From a virus: DNA of 64,000 bases. Below, in pieces: positions 10,401-22,300 of the stretch; positions within the stretch are counted from its first letter, which is position 1; every line of letters starts with the position of its first letter. Under the pieces are notes generated by a model. That model was not told where the DNA came from. It saw nothing but the letters and a program-made list of their open reading frames with translations, and did no database searches. The stretch spans positions 26,516-90,515 of IMG/VR virus record IMGVR_UViG_3300029268_000010. One strand, 5' to 3'. The translations under genes and the position numbers were made by a program.

Positions 10401-12037
10401 TTGCGGATAGAGTTCGGTATTGTCATGGTGTTGTCTTGGGTATTGTCACTGAGAATGCAGTCAATTCTGCTATGCGACACATGGACAATGTTAATGCTTA
10501 CAGTCCTCAGTTCTATCCTATGGCTGTTCCAGACTGGGCTCTTTATCCATTATCGTATGAAGGTTATGAATCTTTTCTTTATAATCATGGATATCATCGG
10601 CAATTATCAATCGATATCTTTTTGGGATATGATTCAAATCTTCCGAATACTCAAAATACAATAAAGAAAACAAGAATTCGTCATAGTCCTAAAAAAGTTC
10701 CTTTTGCTTATGTTGACAATTACAGAAATCTTCAAATCAATGATTACAAAGATTTTGATTTACAGTTTGGACAGATAATGTCTATCGAACATATTGAAGA
10801 AACACTTATTTCTATTCAGGAAGGTGCAATTAATGAACATTATATTAATGAGGAAGCATTAAAGGCCCCAACAACGGCAGGAGAACTTACACTTGGTCTT
10901 GGTCCAATACTTTCGGATAAGATAAATATATTGGCATATTATGGAACACAGCATCAGTGGTCAATATGTAAAGGATTTACAGGTATCTATGGGTGGGATT
11001 GGAAGAAAAGAGTATTGTGGAAAGTTAAAGCTGGCCAGACTGCTATTGGTACAAGATCTATGGCGGTACAATCTCTTTCTCAGGAAAAAATGATTGATAA
11101 ATGGTTATTCGATTTTTCTAATTCAATAAATACAAGGACGGATATTCTTAATCAATTAAAAGATACTCCAGCGAATGGAGAAGGTATTGTCGTTGGTTAT
11201 GATCCGGAAAATCATGAGATACTATTCACATTAATTAAAAGGCAACTTTCTCATTATGTATGGCAGTGGAATACTGTTACTGCATGTTTTACTTCTTGGA
11301 TGAATACTATGGGTTATTTACAATCAGATGTTGAAAACTTACCAATAACTGAGTATGTCAATGGAATGACAATGGTTTCGGGGCAACTATATTTTGACAC
11401 TGATCATAACTATATTTTTATCTATTACAAAGACAGCGGCCAGCGTTGCCACGTTCATGCAAGAGCTGTATATGAAGATCTTTCAAGGACATTAATCTTT
11501 AATGAGGACCTTGATTTTTTTACTTCTGAACTAGGTGTTAATAATTATTGGTACGGATATATCAATCGTGACTTTTTCAGTGCTGAAAGTAATCGTGTTT
11601 ATTTACATAACAAAGGTCCGATATGTACTTTTAATAATAATATTTTTGTTCCAGCTCAGATATCAATTATTATAAATGGTGTAATTGGAGAAACGGAAAA
11701 TTATTCTGCAATATCGAAACTTTATACATGGGTACTTTGTGAATCACAGAATACTCCTTTTTCGCGAATTGATTATGAAACTACATATCAAGCATCAGCT
11801 GCCCCGGGAGATACTTTTGATGATTTCCAAACGCCAATAAATTTCTGGAGAAATCCTATTCATCATGAACATAAATGGAATTGGCCCGTAAATGTTCAAA
11901 CTTCTGCAAATAATGATGAGTTCATTACTGGATCAGAAATGCGTGGAGAATGGATAAAGATCACTTTGACGTATGCAAAAAGAGTACAGGGGTGGATTAA
12001 GAATATAATTACTACTTTTATATCATCAAATTCATAA
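7412..12037 (+). CDS. Tail stabilisation/muzzle protein (P22 gp10-like, crAss-like)
   Basis: N-terminal FLKGLISDID...NIR, YFRGEPYAFG, GDCF, YGTQHQWS, C-terminal MRGEWIKITLTY. 1541 aa. Confidence 0.8.
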   Translation: MQQINQFLKGLISDIDVSKRTSEYWTFPSMNIRVYNKKGQGFIVTYIEGSTKVDSFGIPIGSGEEFSIKSGYKILGACEYNGVIYISSYNASVSVDKGEIGCFPSPNILDFSKPNGAPGTPDAPPIGYNIQFERIYRTLRNFTNTTDPTGIETTVQRDPLNTTLFGWDIERYVDMFAAESYDGSLDFYLCDYKNPNRVVNSGFHYNTGIANNRLYWNNDFFGSLNQVQTTFADASAQFIGLLPNGDEKCGLYFLHFRYCDNNLNTTPFILESGPIQVHIGDTTTLNTVMGGEDTYNSHKQIHFKVINPDQSYQYIEVAFVRYFSDSSGVQIHETWLIDWRYPIVSGADVDILITGNEALLTITDAEIIERSLIERTCRSHTQIANYYFGGNWKSSRTDHPALVEFFKRVQVSYDDSLEKNVNTPININEPSANYIPYQDVYLTYDDVGYFRGEPYAFGGFVRLNDMQYSSAYPLRGCDQFDGQILGTTQDNYNGVYRFPRTTKSPCMSAIDRIRILRVRMDFTDALAWLQTNPTDPNVIWLRYNVKHIFLARAERKPTLKCQGVAIGGAQSYSEHFPYSTYECSYNWWDPFNSHLKTLQNIWVKADDALQIPTRWDNQDVVTHLDEVGLSGKHGQPLVKFTGAGNEAQNPFKGWADNSTNVAGNVCNPAGAANSTYMELVIPIYRAYMPMLYYNYNGGNTDWRYFSSRWFIQPKKYGVFCPDHLLNRNLDISDIEYIQRVAKTAHNFVEPNPGSYDYWFFGYPPYGFASYDDVVPYKYINEMQYGKYIDRVLPGFLSSNVVGKEDVGRDGLHRVPSYPTALGFVNETYDINDINGNNTSHQNCLLYAYDSSNKREWSTRNLRTAPFIAIEEDADIPGIVQDNYNLDIVNLYSKRPEDLNSNLATWYAVGPQLQYYKISEAIPFVNQSGNYIFPVTQLLGRGDCFLQKTFFKQATWDPSGFKGDAADSVGAGCGGTGDGFPTHFTNDTGPVFDATVSIADRVRYCHGVVLGIVTENAVNSAMRHMDNVNAYSPQFYPMAVPDWALYPLSYEGYESFLYNHGYHRQLSIDIFLGYDSNLPNTQNTIKKTRIRHSPKKVPFAYVDNYRNLQINDYKDFDLQFGQIMSIEHIEETLISIQEGAINEHYINEEALKAPTTAGELTLGLGPILSDKINILAYYGTQHQWSICKGFTGIYGWDWKKRVLWKVKAGQTAIGTRSMAVQSLSQEKMIDKWLFDFSNSINTRTDILNQLKDTPANGEGIVVGYDPENHEILFTLIKRQLSHYVWQWNTVTACFTSWMNTMGYLQSDVENLPITEYVNGMTMVSGQLYFDTDHNYIFIYYKDSGQRCHVHARAVYEDLSRTLIFNEDLDFFTSELGVNNYWYGYINRDFFSAESNRVYLHNKGPICTFNNNIFVPAQISIIINGVIGETENYSAISKLYTWVLCESQNTPFSRIDYETTYQASAAPGDTFDDFQTPINFWRNPIHHEHKWNWPVNVQTSANNDEFITGSEMRGEWIKITLTYAKRVQGWIKNIITTFISSNS

Positions 12038-12041
12038 AATT

Positions 12042-12995
12042 ATGGCAAATTCAAATAGGTGGAAACACTGGGTAAGAAGTATCGGTACGGGTCTCGGTGG
12101 TGTTATTGGTGCTGTTGCTGGCGGTGGATGGAATTTTGGTGTTGGTGCTGTTCCCGGATTTCTTGCAGGCGTAAGTGTCGCATCTTCAATAATGGGTGCT
12201 GCATTACCTGATGAAAGTATATGGGATAAGAATGTTTCGGTTGCTTCTACTGATCCGTATGCAATAGGAACAAGTGTCGGACAAAGACAAAACCGTATTG
12301 GTAAAACTGGATCATGGAAAGATCCTAATTCTACTTATGATACTATATCAGGAGTTGTTGGTCTTGCCGCCGGAGCTCTCGGTGCCACTGGAGTGGGTTC
12401 TGGTATTTCACTTGCCGGAAATGGTGCAAGTGGCGCTTCAAATATTGCCAACGTTGCCGGAACAACTGCAAGTCATTGGTCTATGGGAACAGGTGCTGTT
12501 GAAAATGCACCCAAGATGGCCGGAATGCTATCCGGTATCTCTCAACCTACAAATATTGTTATGGAAGGTGCGAATGTTGCCGGAACTGTAGGAGAGGTTA
12601 CTCCTATGGTTGATCAGGTGGCAAATATCGCAACTAAAACTGCACCATTTGTTAAGACTGCAAAATCTGAATTGAATACATTATTGAAAAAACCTAGTAC
12701 TTATAAAGATCTTTTAAGTACCGTTCAGAAGATTCCATCAATTACCGATAATACTAAGAAAACAGGATTTAATAGTAATGTTGATTTAAATGTAACTCCT
12801 GAATCTATGAATGCAGCTTATCAGAAGCCGGCAGTACTTAATGTTCCACAAGGAATACAACAAACAAATTCTTTATTCAAAAATAATTTTTCTCCGATAT
12901 CACTTCCTGGTTATACTGGCTTTCAAAATAAGAAAGCTGATCAGGGAATGAACGCGTTACTTGAATATTATTCAAATATGTATAATATAAAATAA
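12042..12995 (+). CDS. Putative virion ejection/cargo protein with Gly/Ala-rich hydrophobic segments
   Basis: GTGLGGVIGAVAGGG...FLAGVSVASSIMGA segment. Lies between the tail genes and the RNAP gene. Confidence 0.55.
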   Translation: MANSNRWKHWVRSIGTGLGGVIGAVAGGGWNFGVGAVPGFLAGVSVASSIMGAALPDESIWDKNVSVASTDPYAIGTSVGQRQNRIGKTGSWKDPNSTYDTISGVVGLAAGALGATGVGSGISLAGNGASGASNIANVAGTTASHWSMGTGAVENAPKMAGMLSGISQPTNIVMEGANVAGTVGEVTPMVDQVANIATKTAPFVKTAKSELNTLLKKPSTYKDLLSTVQKIPSITDNTKKTGFNSNVDLNVTPESMNAAYQKPAVLNVPQGIQQTNSLFKNNFSPISLPGYTGFQNKKADQGMNALLEYYSNMYNIK

Positions 12996-13004
12996 ACTGA
13001 CGAT

Positions 13005-14174
13005 ATGCCACTATTACCTCCTTTTCCTGGAAGTATGCCTGCTCCAACAGATGAAGAATATTGGACAAGCGCTACTGATCCAAAACAGATTTACAAGAAA
13101 GATAAAACAGGTGCTTATTCTTGGGTAAAAGACTATGATCAAAAAACAGATTTAAGTAAATTGACATGGACTCCTGTTACTGATGCGACTTCTTTGGCTG
13201 CTATGAAAAATATGGGAAGTAAAAATTTTCCTGTTTATACACCTCCTACGACTACTAAAAAAGAAGTTCTTGCTAATGAATGGACTGATGGTGAAGATAT
13301 CAATATGACCGATGCGCAACCAAAGTTTATTGCAGATGAATCAGGAACAGTAAGTCCAAATATACTCAGTACTGGTAATGAGTCTGCTGTTACAAGAAAC
13401 AAAAATACTGAAAAATGGGAACCCAAACCTACTTTTTCCGGACCATCAGTTGCGCCTACATGGCTTGACAATTGGTATGAAAGTTTACAGAAACAACATG
13501 CGGAGGCAAAAACATACAATGATGTAAAAACTATTGGTGATGTTGCAACAGGTGGACTTGCTTATTTATCTAATGCATTTGCAAAGAAAGAAGATCTTCC
13601 TGCCCCTCCAATGTCTATCCCCGCCGTTTATGGAAATATCTATGGATCAGAAAAAGGTCTTGTTGACAATGCACTAGCATTATCTCTTGGTACTGCAAAT
13701 AAAGTCTCCAGGGAACTTGGCAAACCTGAATATATAGGATCTAATCTTGGTACAATGATGGACGCGCAGGCAAAAGCATATGCCGGTATTGCACAAGATG
13801 TTTCTACTATTGATCAGGCAAATAGAAAAAGTGTTGCAGAAGCAGATACCGCAAATAGTTTAGCTTCTTATACTACTGAGGTGGCTAATAATGCTGCTCT
13901 TAAAGAAACCGGATTAATGCGTTCTCAGACTATGGCTGCACAGTTGACTGCTAATAGTAAGATGATCAATGATAGAATTAAAAATAAATTCGAGATTGAT
14001 GAATCAATGAATCAACAGACGATGTATTATAATCTTATAAAGAATGGTGCATCTACAGAAGAAGCTCTTGCGATGATGAAATTGATAGCTCCAAATCTTG
14101 TTACTGAAACTGCAGAAGAAGATTATAAAACCATTTATGATAAAGACGGTAATATTACAGGTTATACAGGTTAA
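13005..14174 (+). CDS. Putative virion ejection/cargo protein
   Basis: 389-aa Ala/Thr-rich protein with a helical C-half. Assigned by position. Confidence 0.5.
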   Translation: MPLLPPFPGSMPAPTDEEYWTSATDPKQIYKKDKTGAYSWVKDYDQKTDLSKLTWTPVTDATSLAAMKNMGSKNFPVYTPPTTTKKEVLANEWTDGEDINMTDAQPKFIADESGTVSPNILSTGNESAVTRNKNTEKWEPKPTFSGPSVAPTWLDNWYESLQKQHAEAKTYNDVKTIGDVATGGLAYLSNAFAKKEDLPAPPMSIPAVYGNIYGSEKGLVDNALALSLGTANKVSRELGKPEYIGSNLGTMMDAQAKAYAGIAQDVSTIDQANRKSVAEADTANSLASYTTEVANNAALKETGLMRSQTMAAQLTANSKMINDRIKNKFEIDESMNQQTMYYNLIKNGASTEEALAMMKLIAPNLVTETAEEDYKTIYDKDGNITGYTG

Positions 14175-14186
14175 AAATTTAATGTT

Positions 14187-16379
14187 ATGGCAATACTTGA
14201 TGCTTTAAAAGACGGCCAGCCGGAATATCCATTATACCAACCTGACTCATGGGAATTCAAAGCTCCCAAGGGTTTACTTACTTATGCTGCACTTATGGGC
14301 GGTTCGAGTACATCGAAATCTGGAAGTAGTAAAAAAGGTGCAAAACCATTTCCGGGCATGGAAGGACAACATCAATATGTGACGGAAAAAAAACAATTAT
14401 TTGATGAAGAGGTTGCTGATGTTTCAAGTAGATTGATGTCTGGAATGAAAATGAGTGGTGATCCATTAGGATATATAAAAACTGACGAAGGAAAGGCGCT
14501 TGTTGAAGAACTTACAGTACTTAATAGAAAGGCTACAAAACTTGCTGAAAACAAACAATTCACAGAACAGAATTATGAAGCATATGTAAAAAATGAAGCA
14601 ATAGTAAATAGTACAAAAAAGTCCGGTGGGCAGTATGACTACAATCCTACGACAGGACAATATACCGGTATTATTACAAAAAAAGATGGATCTTTTGAAG
14701 AAGTCAGTGCTTCAGATGTTGCTACTTTATGGTCAAATGGTGCCATACCTATTACTGTTCAAGACAAGAATGATCTGATCAATAAATATTACACTGCTGA
14801 TGCAAATGGGGTGATTCGTAAACCACAGTTTTCTACCGGTTTTGATAGTTCTGCAGACTGGACTACAAAAATGACATCATATCTTGAAAGATTAAAGACT
14901 ACTTCTGGTGGTGACCTTGGATTCGCCGCACAAGATGTTGATGTAGGAACAGATGTCTATGGAAATCCAAATAAATATGTATTTAAACATGGTACTTATG
15001 AAGGTAATTATTCTGCTTGGTTAACAACTCATGGTGCCGGAGTAAAGAATTTATTGGAAGGTGATGATCTTGCCAGTGCAAAAGAAGCATATAATAGAGA
15101 TTTATGGAATGGAGATCCCGATGCGTGGGAATATGAAACCAAACAAAATGCACAAGGACAGGATGAATATATTGAAGATGAAGATGCAATGCATGGATTA
15201 AAGTCTACTAAAAGAACATTTGATGAATGGTTAGAACAAAAAATTATTGAACAGAAAACAGGATTACAAACTTATAAACCCTCTATTGGTTATACTACAA
15301 TGGATAATCCAAATGCTGCAGGCGGTGGTGGTGGAACTGGTGATAATGTTAATTATTGGGAATTATTAGAATATGATCAGTCGAAAAATCTTTTAGGAGA
15401 AAAAAATCTTGATTGGAAAACAGGAGTTTTGGATTTGGGTGAAGTTGCTGCTAATTTAAGTAAGGTTAATGGATTGACGTCTACTTCTGCTAGTTATTTG
15501 TTAAATCAATATAAAACTGCTGCAAAAGAAAAACTCAAAGCTACAGGATATTCTGAAACATCAATTACTGATGATATGATTAATAAAACTGCATGGAATT
15601 TAGTTTCGGCTAAAGATCAGAAAACAATTATAAAAGGAGTTATTTCAGCACAAACACAAGCAAAAACAGGAGAAGAATATACTGCTTTAGCACGTATGTA
15701 TCCAGGATTAACTGTATGGAATCCTTTTAATTGGAAATTATATAAAGATGAAAAAAATCAGATAACAACTGCATTAATGGTAGGACCAGAAAATGTTCAG
15801 AAATATGGGGCTGATATTATTCAAACAAGTATAAGGACAGATGTTCAAGTTAATAATGGAATTACTTTTGATAAAGTTTCCAAACATAATCCTGTTGGTG
15901 TTGGCATGACAGCCATAACAGATTTTACTGCTACTAATAAAAAAGAACCAATGATTATTAAAGCAGAATCTCAATTTGTACTTAATGGTAAACCCTATAC
16001 AAATGTTGTTGTATTGGTAGATAAATCGGATGCAGCTTTAAGTAAATTAAAAGGATATTTACCAAATACTAGTGGAGAATTAGAGTTAGTAGATTATACT
16101 GATCCAAGAATTAAACAATTTATAAAAGATGGATCGTTTCTCGAAACGTTTGGTTTAAATGTAGGTTCGTTAACAGCTGAAGAAGGTTTAATGTTAACTA
16201 CTAATGGATATACCGCAGCTTCTGATGATTTTTATATGGTTCCATTAACTATTGATGGAGATTGGGTAAAAGATCAAAAATGGACAACTGCTGGTTCCAG
16301 TAAATTATTTACTGCTATTGAAAGTGGATTTATAAATAATATGGCAACTGATGTTGAAAGTGATATTACTACTAAATAA
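14187..16379 (+). CDS. Putative virion ejection/cargo protein
   Basis: 730-aa ORF immediately upstream of the giant RNAP gene. Confidence 0.5.
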   Translation: MAILDALKDGQPEYPLYQPDSWEFKAPKGLLTYAALMGGSSTSKSGSSKKGAKPFPGMEGQHQYVTEKKQLFDEEVADVSSRLMSGMKMSGDPLGYIKTDEGKALVEELTVLNRKATKLAENKQFTEQNYEAYVKNEAIVNSTKKSGGQYDYNPTTGQYTGIITKKDGSFEEVSASDVATLWSNGAIPITVQDKNDLINKYYTADANGVIRKPQFSTGFDSSADWTTKMTSYLERLKTTSGGDLGFAAQDVDVGTDVYGNPNKYVFKHGTYEGNYSAWLTTHGAGVKNLLEGDDLASAKEAYNRDLWNGDPDAWEYETKQNAQGQDEYIEDEDAMHGLKSTKRTFDEWLEQKIIEQKTGLQTYKPSIGYTTMDNPNAAGGGGGTGDNVNYWELLEYDQSKNLLGEKNLDWKTGVLDLGEVAANLSKVNGLTSTSASYLLNQYKTAAKEKLKATGYSETSITDDMINKTAWNLVSAKDQKTIIKGVISAQTQAKTGEEYTALARMYPGLTVWNPFNWKLYKDEKNQITTALMVGPENVQKYGADIIQTSIRTDVQVNNGITFDKVSKHNPVGVGMTAITDFTATNKKEPMIIKAESQFVLNGKPYTNVVVLVDKSDAALSKLKGYLPNTSGELELVDYTDPRIKQFIKDGSFLETFGLNVGSLTAEEGLMLTTNGYTAASDDFYMVPLTIDGDWVKDQKWTTAGSSKLFTAIESGFINNMATDVESDITTK

Positions 16380-16387
16380 TTATTAAT

Positions 16388-19300
16388 ATGCCTATAGACG
16401 AAACTATAAAAACTGAACCGGTAAATATAAATTTTAGAGATAAGACTTTTTCTAATAATTTAGATTTTGCTTCACGATTATTAAAGGGTGATGATCTTGG
16501 TGACATCTGGCATGAGAGTAATAATTATGATGCTGAACCCGTATTATATTCTAAGGAATCTTTAGCAAAAAAATATCCTACTGTAGATCCTACTAAATGG
16601 GATGAAATATATCCAGAGATAGAAGCACAATACGATCTTTATAAAAAAGGTCAGTTTACAGCCGGACAAACTAATAAATTTTGGTTACCAATAACTGAGG
16701 GTACTTCAACGGCTATGCGTAAGTATCAACAGACCTCAACTCCTTTATTAAGACCTACTATACCTACAATAGCGTATACTCCATTTGGTGAAATTCCTCT
16801 TATGCATGATGATGAGGCAGCTACTAACGTAGGAATGGTTATGACAAAATCAGGTCTATGGGAACCTCTCAGTACTGACAAACCACTCAATAGGATGAAA
16901 AGAATGTATGGAGATATGATAAATACTCCATATACTTATTGGAAAGAATCTGAAGATAATGAGTTCATTAATGGTGATGAGATAAAACTTGCAAGTTGGC
17001 TTGGTGACAGATCACTGACTTCTAATTTCTTTGGATCTCATGTCAGGGGAACAATAAGTGGTGTAATGAAATTCGCTTCTGGAATTGGTCAGTTAATTGA
17101 TGTCGCCGGGGATTCTTATAAATCATACGATTCACAATTAAATGCATTACAGAATTTCAATAAAGCTTTTTTTACTACCAATAAAGATAAATTTGGTGGA
17201 GAAAATAAAGATATCCTCTGGACTGATAGAGTTGGCAATAATTGGACTAACTGGGCTAATCAACAAACCAGGCAGAACAATGATGAGAAAGAAGGATATT
17301 TTAACGATTTAAATGCTTTCATATTTGGAACGTTCGATGGTGTTGGACAGATGGCCCCGTTGATTGCTTCATCATATCTTGTAGGTGCCGGTTCGCGTGG
17401 ACTTCTTGGGTTTTCAAAAGCTTCTAGTCTTGCTAATAAAACGTCGATGGTTTTAGGATCTGTTGAGGCTGGAGGTATGTTCAGACAGGAAATGAAGAAA
17501 TTGGGAATCCCTGATACTGAGTCCGCGAAATGGTGGGCTCCTTTTGCTGTTGCTACATATCTCTCTGAGAGTATATTTAGAACAAATGTTGTCCAGAATA
17601 TATGGGGTAGGGATATGAAGAATTTGGTACTCCCTGCTATTCGTCAGAATTTAAAAGAAGCAGCTATTAAAAAAGGAACTTCTGTTAATGGACTTTCCAA
17701 TGAAGTGAAAGCTGGTATCTTTAAAAAAGCATACAACACTTTTATAAAGAGTCCTGATAGTTGGTTAACAAAATTAGCCAGTAGTAAAAATGTAGCAGTA
17801 AGAGGTTTTGCTGGTGGTGTAGAAGAAGGTTCTGAAGAACTTGTAGAAAATGCAATGGATATGGGTATTGCTTATACTTATAATTCGTTGGCATTTGCAA
17901 GTGCTTTAAATACTAAAAGTCGTTTTGATGGTGTTACCTGGACAACAGGTACGGATCGTGCCGGAGTTGAAAGATATTATAGAATCGAACCTACTGGTGC
18001 CAAGAAACAGATTGATGAGGAAAAATGGCAAGCTGAACAGGATGAATATGAATTTTCAAATGCAGTAATAAAAGGAGAAAAGAATCTAAGCGAAGAATTT
18101 GGATGGACTGATGCTCCTGCAGCTTTTTTTAGTACATTCATATTGCTTGGTATGGGAAAGATAGTTGGTGTCAATAAAGGACAGAATGAAAAACGTACTA
18201 TTCATAAAATAGCTTATGATATAGCAAAGAATCCTTCATTGAAACAAAAGTATATGGAGGTTACTCAATCTCATATTCCCACAGGAGAGTTTGGTTATAC
18301 CCATATTGATGAGAATGGTGTTACTATTAAAGAAGAAGAAAAAGGAACCGTTCTTTCTCAGGCACAAAAGAATCATGATTTATTCTGGCAAGATGTAGAT
18401 CTTATTACCAATATAATTCAGGAAGGTGAAATGACAAGTCCTGAATTCACTGCTAAGATGATGGGTGAAAGTACGATGATCCTTGATGCAATTAATTTGA
18501 AAGTTAAATTAAAATCATTAGCAGTAGATCTGCAGAAAGTGCGTGCCAATGATCCTAATGTAAAAAATCTTACCGAAGAAGGAATACTTGCTGAGATCGA
18601 TCAGAAGCAGAAGGATTACGATTATCTTACAATGTCCAAGACAGATTATACTTTAAAATATGGTACATCCAAAGAGACGGAAGTCATAGAAGAAGGAATG
18701 AAGAAAAAGAAACTTCCAGCAAAAGAAGGAAAAACTTCTTGGGCTTATACTGAAAGGTTTCTTAATTTTATGGAAATGGATAAGTATCGTGATAAATTTG
18801 TTGAAGATTTAGCAGCTGCAAAATATCAAAAATTATTAAAGAAAGTAGAAAAAGGAGAGGCAACACAAGCAGAATATGATGAAAAAGTAAATACTTTTAA
18901 GGCTGAGAAAAAAACAGATTTATTAAAAAATGGTCACAAAAATGGATGGTCTACATTTTATGCTATTTATGCGAATCCATTATTAACAGGAGGAATGAAT
19001 GCTATCGATTTATTCTTTAATGATTCTGAAGAATTCAAATCAAATATTACTGAAAGAATTGCAGCGATAAATGAAGAATTTAAAAAATACAACCAAACTG
19101 ATACTACTGTTCTTACTGATAAATTAACAGAACTACAGAATACATTGAATACTGTTTTAGGTTCAAAAGGTTCTCATAATATTGCAAATTTTGAAAAAGG
19201 TAAATTAGAAACTTCGGATGTAAAAGCTATTACCGATAGTTATCAAGATCTTATTAATAGTGTTCATGAGGTTGTGAATATTGCCAGGGCAACTCCGAAT

Positions 19301-22300
19301 CTCGATGCTAAAGTCAAATCATCAATAACTTCTTTACTTGGAACATTCCAGACTATGAGTGATGAGGCAAATAATCATCTTGTAGGGGAATTCGAAAATT
19401 ATCAAACACAGAATACAAAAGGTCTTTCTCCGGAAGCTATTGCAAAGAAACAGGCAGTATTGGACAATGAAGGAAATATTGATTCCATACTTAAGTCATT
19501 TGAAGCAATGGATGAAAGTATAGCAATTGGAACACAAAATTTTGCTAATCCAATTAATCAGATTAATAATTTTGATGAATTAACTTCTGAGTTACAACAA
19601 AAATTAAAACATGAAGCTTTTGTTGCTTTCATAAACAAGATCGCTGGTGGTACTACATTAGAAAATTACAAAAAACTTGCTGCTGAAAAAGTTACTGTTG
19701 AAAATCCCGGAGTGATATCTGCGTTAATGCAGAATTCCTTAAATGGACTAAATAGATTAAATTATTTCTTAACACGTCTTGGTATTCATATAGATACTCT
19801 TGAAAAAAATCCTGATTATGTTGAACATGCTCTTACATTTGGTGATGAACAATTACAGATAAGTGCCGAAGAGAGAGATATATTAAAAAATATTATCAGA
19901 AATAAAGCTATTGAAGTTAATGATGTTAAGGTATGGGCCGAAAGTCATGTTGCAAGTAAGGAGACATCACAATTCAAAGAAGCCTGCATGCGCCTCGATC
20001 ATAAACGTATGGTTATAGAGTTTGCTGCATTACAGAATCAACCAAGTGTTAGTCTTGTCGATATAGATGATTTCCTTAGTAAGAATGGATTGACAGGAAA
20101 GAATGGCATCCAAATGATATTTGATGCTTTTACTGATGATAGTCAGACTGCTAAAACAGAAGGTAAAAAAGGAAAGGCAATAAGTCTGTATGAACAATTA
20201 GATAAATTGGTAACCATACAACTTGACAATCTATGTAAGGATTCAAAAGTTGTTTATGATTATATTCTTGACAATTTAAAGAAACCTGATTTCGCTAATA
20301 ATGGTTATGATTTCCTCAATGAATTTAACTCAGGAACATTTATAGAAAGTGAACTGTTAAAATATGGTGGTACTTTTTCCAGAGAAGAAATGGAAAAGAA
20401 AGGTACTAATCCTGAAAAAGCACAGAAATGGTGGTTAATTGTTACAATGACCGCAAGACTGCATTTATTTGGGCAAGTACAGAAAGATGGCAAAACCCGT
20501 TATACATACTCTCAGGCACGCCAAGCTTATCGTGACGTCCTTAAAACAAAAAAACAGAAAAAAATCAATGACAAGGTTGCTACTATAGCACAGGAGGATC
20601 TCATTACACATATGGTAATGTTTTCAATGACTCCTAATGCCAATACTGATTATGTAAAAATATTAAGTATAGCTGGAAATTATATACCAGGTACTTTGGT
20701 TGTTCGTGGTTTCGGTGGTGCAGGGAAGAGTACGGTTGTTATGTCAAACACAATTGAAACAGTAGCAACCCTTCGCGATAAAAAAGTGAAAGTATCTGTT
20801 TATTCTACTAACAATGCACTAGCTAAACAGCATTCTGATAATCTTGAACTTTTAAAACAGTTAGGTGTGGTAGATTACAAAAGTTTATTGATGCCTGATT
20901 TAATGAATAAAGTTGCTGATTCATCGATTGCTGATGATGTGGATTTAGTATTCATTGATGAAGCAAGTCAGTACGGTGATCAGATCTATAATGAATTGCA
21001 AAATGATATTCTAAAGGATAATAAACGCCCTGTCATAATTTTAGGTGACGATACTCAAATGATCCCTGAAGATAATGCAAAAGGTGGCTCTACATTCTTT
21101 ACCGGTCTCCCGCGCATGAACATGATTGGGGAGAGAACACTTCCGATTGTAGAGGTATTTAGGACTGGTGTTGAGATATTGTATCAGTTACAGTCTTATT
21201 TGCGTACTACAAAGCGATTGTCAACGGAACAGATGGATAACATTATTCTTCCTGGTGCACTTCATACAAGTGATTCTAACTATGGTTACAAACACAGGCA
21301 AAATATTGATCAGGTTATTGAAGATTTTATTAATACTGTCAAGAACGATCCTGGTGCAGTAGCAACTGATGTTTTACTTATATTCTTGAATTATAAAGAT
21401 TATACCGATGCTATTGTCAGTGGAAAATATGCTACCCAATTACAGAATTATCTTCCTTTTATTAAGTTTTTGACATATGATATGCTCAATCCGGATCTTA
21501 CTGTTTCCGGTTTATCATCCAAAAAAGTATATTTTGCATGTGATGTGTTTCATGATGATAGAATGGATATAAGCGATTCTGATAAAAGAAATGTGTTTAT
21601 TCGTTCTTTACTTACTGCTAGTTCCCGGGCTGTCAATTTCTTTGAAATGGTAGGACCTGATTTCCTTTATAATCCACAGGAACTTGATTGGATTCCTGGC
21701 ATGGTAAATGTATCGCAAGATCCTATTATAAAAGCTGCAGAAGATTTAGCGCAACAACAGATAGACAGAAATAAAGCAATAACCCGATTAGATAATATCG
21801 TTGGTCCAAGTACCTATAAGGATATTGTTAATCCTCCACCGGTATTTTCTTTTAATCGTAATCTTGATTTGCAGAATGAACCAGAAGTTCTTGTAAAAGT
21901 ACAGGAAGAGATTGAAAGGATAAAAGCAAATGTGCGTGATGCGAAAAAAGTAAGTGCAACTTCATTTGTTAATTGGTCGTCGACAGTTAATGTAGAGAAC
22001 CAGGCACGAAATAAAGTCTTTGTTGCCGCTTTACGTTATAATATGTCGTTGGACTATGGTAATTTTACGGAAGAACAGCAGAATGAATTTCTCAAATATT
22101 TAAATGATTCTGCTAAAGAATATTCTAGTCTAGTAGGTATTGATGAAGCATATCGTTTTGCAAAATCAGTACTTAATTCGTTGTATTTTACCAATGAGTT
22201 AACATCGTTAATGAGTAATCCTTTGACTTTAATAAACCCAGTTATATCCTTTGGTGATATCCAGGGCATGCCTGCAATGGTAAAAATAGTAGGTACACAT

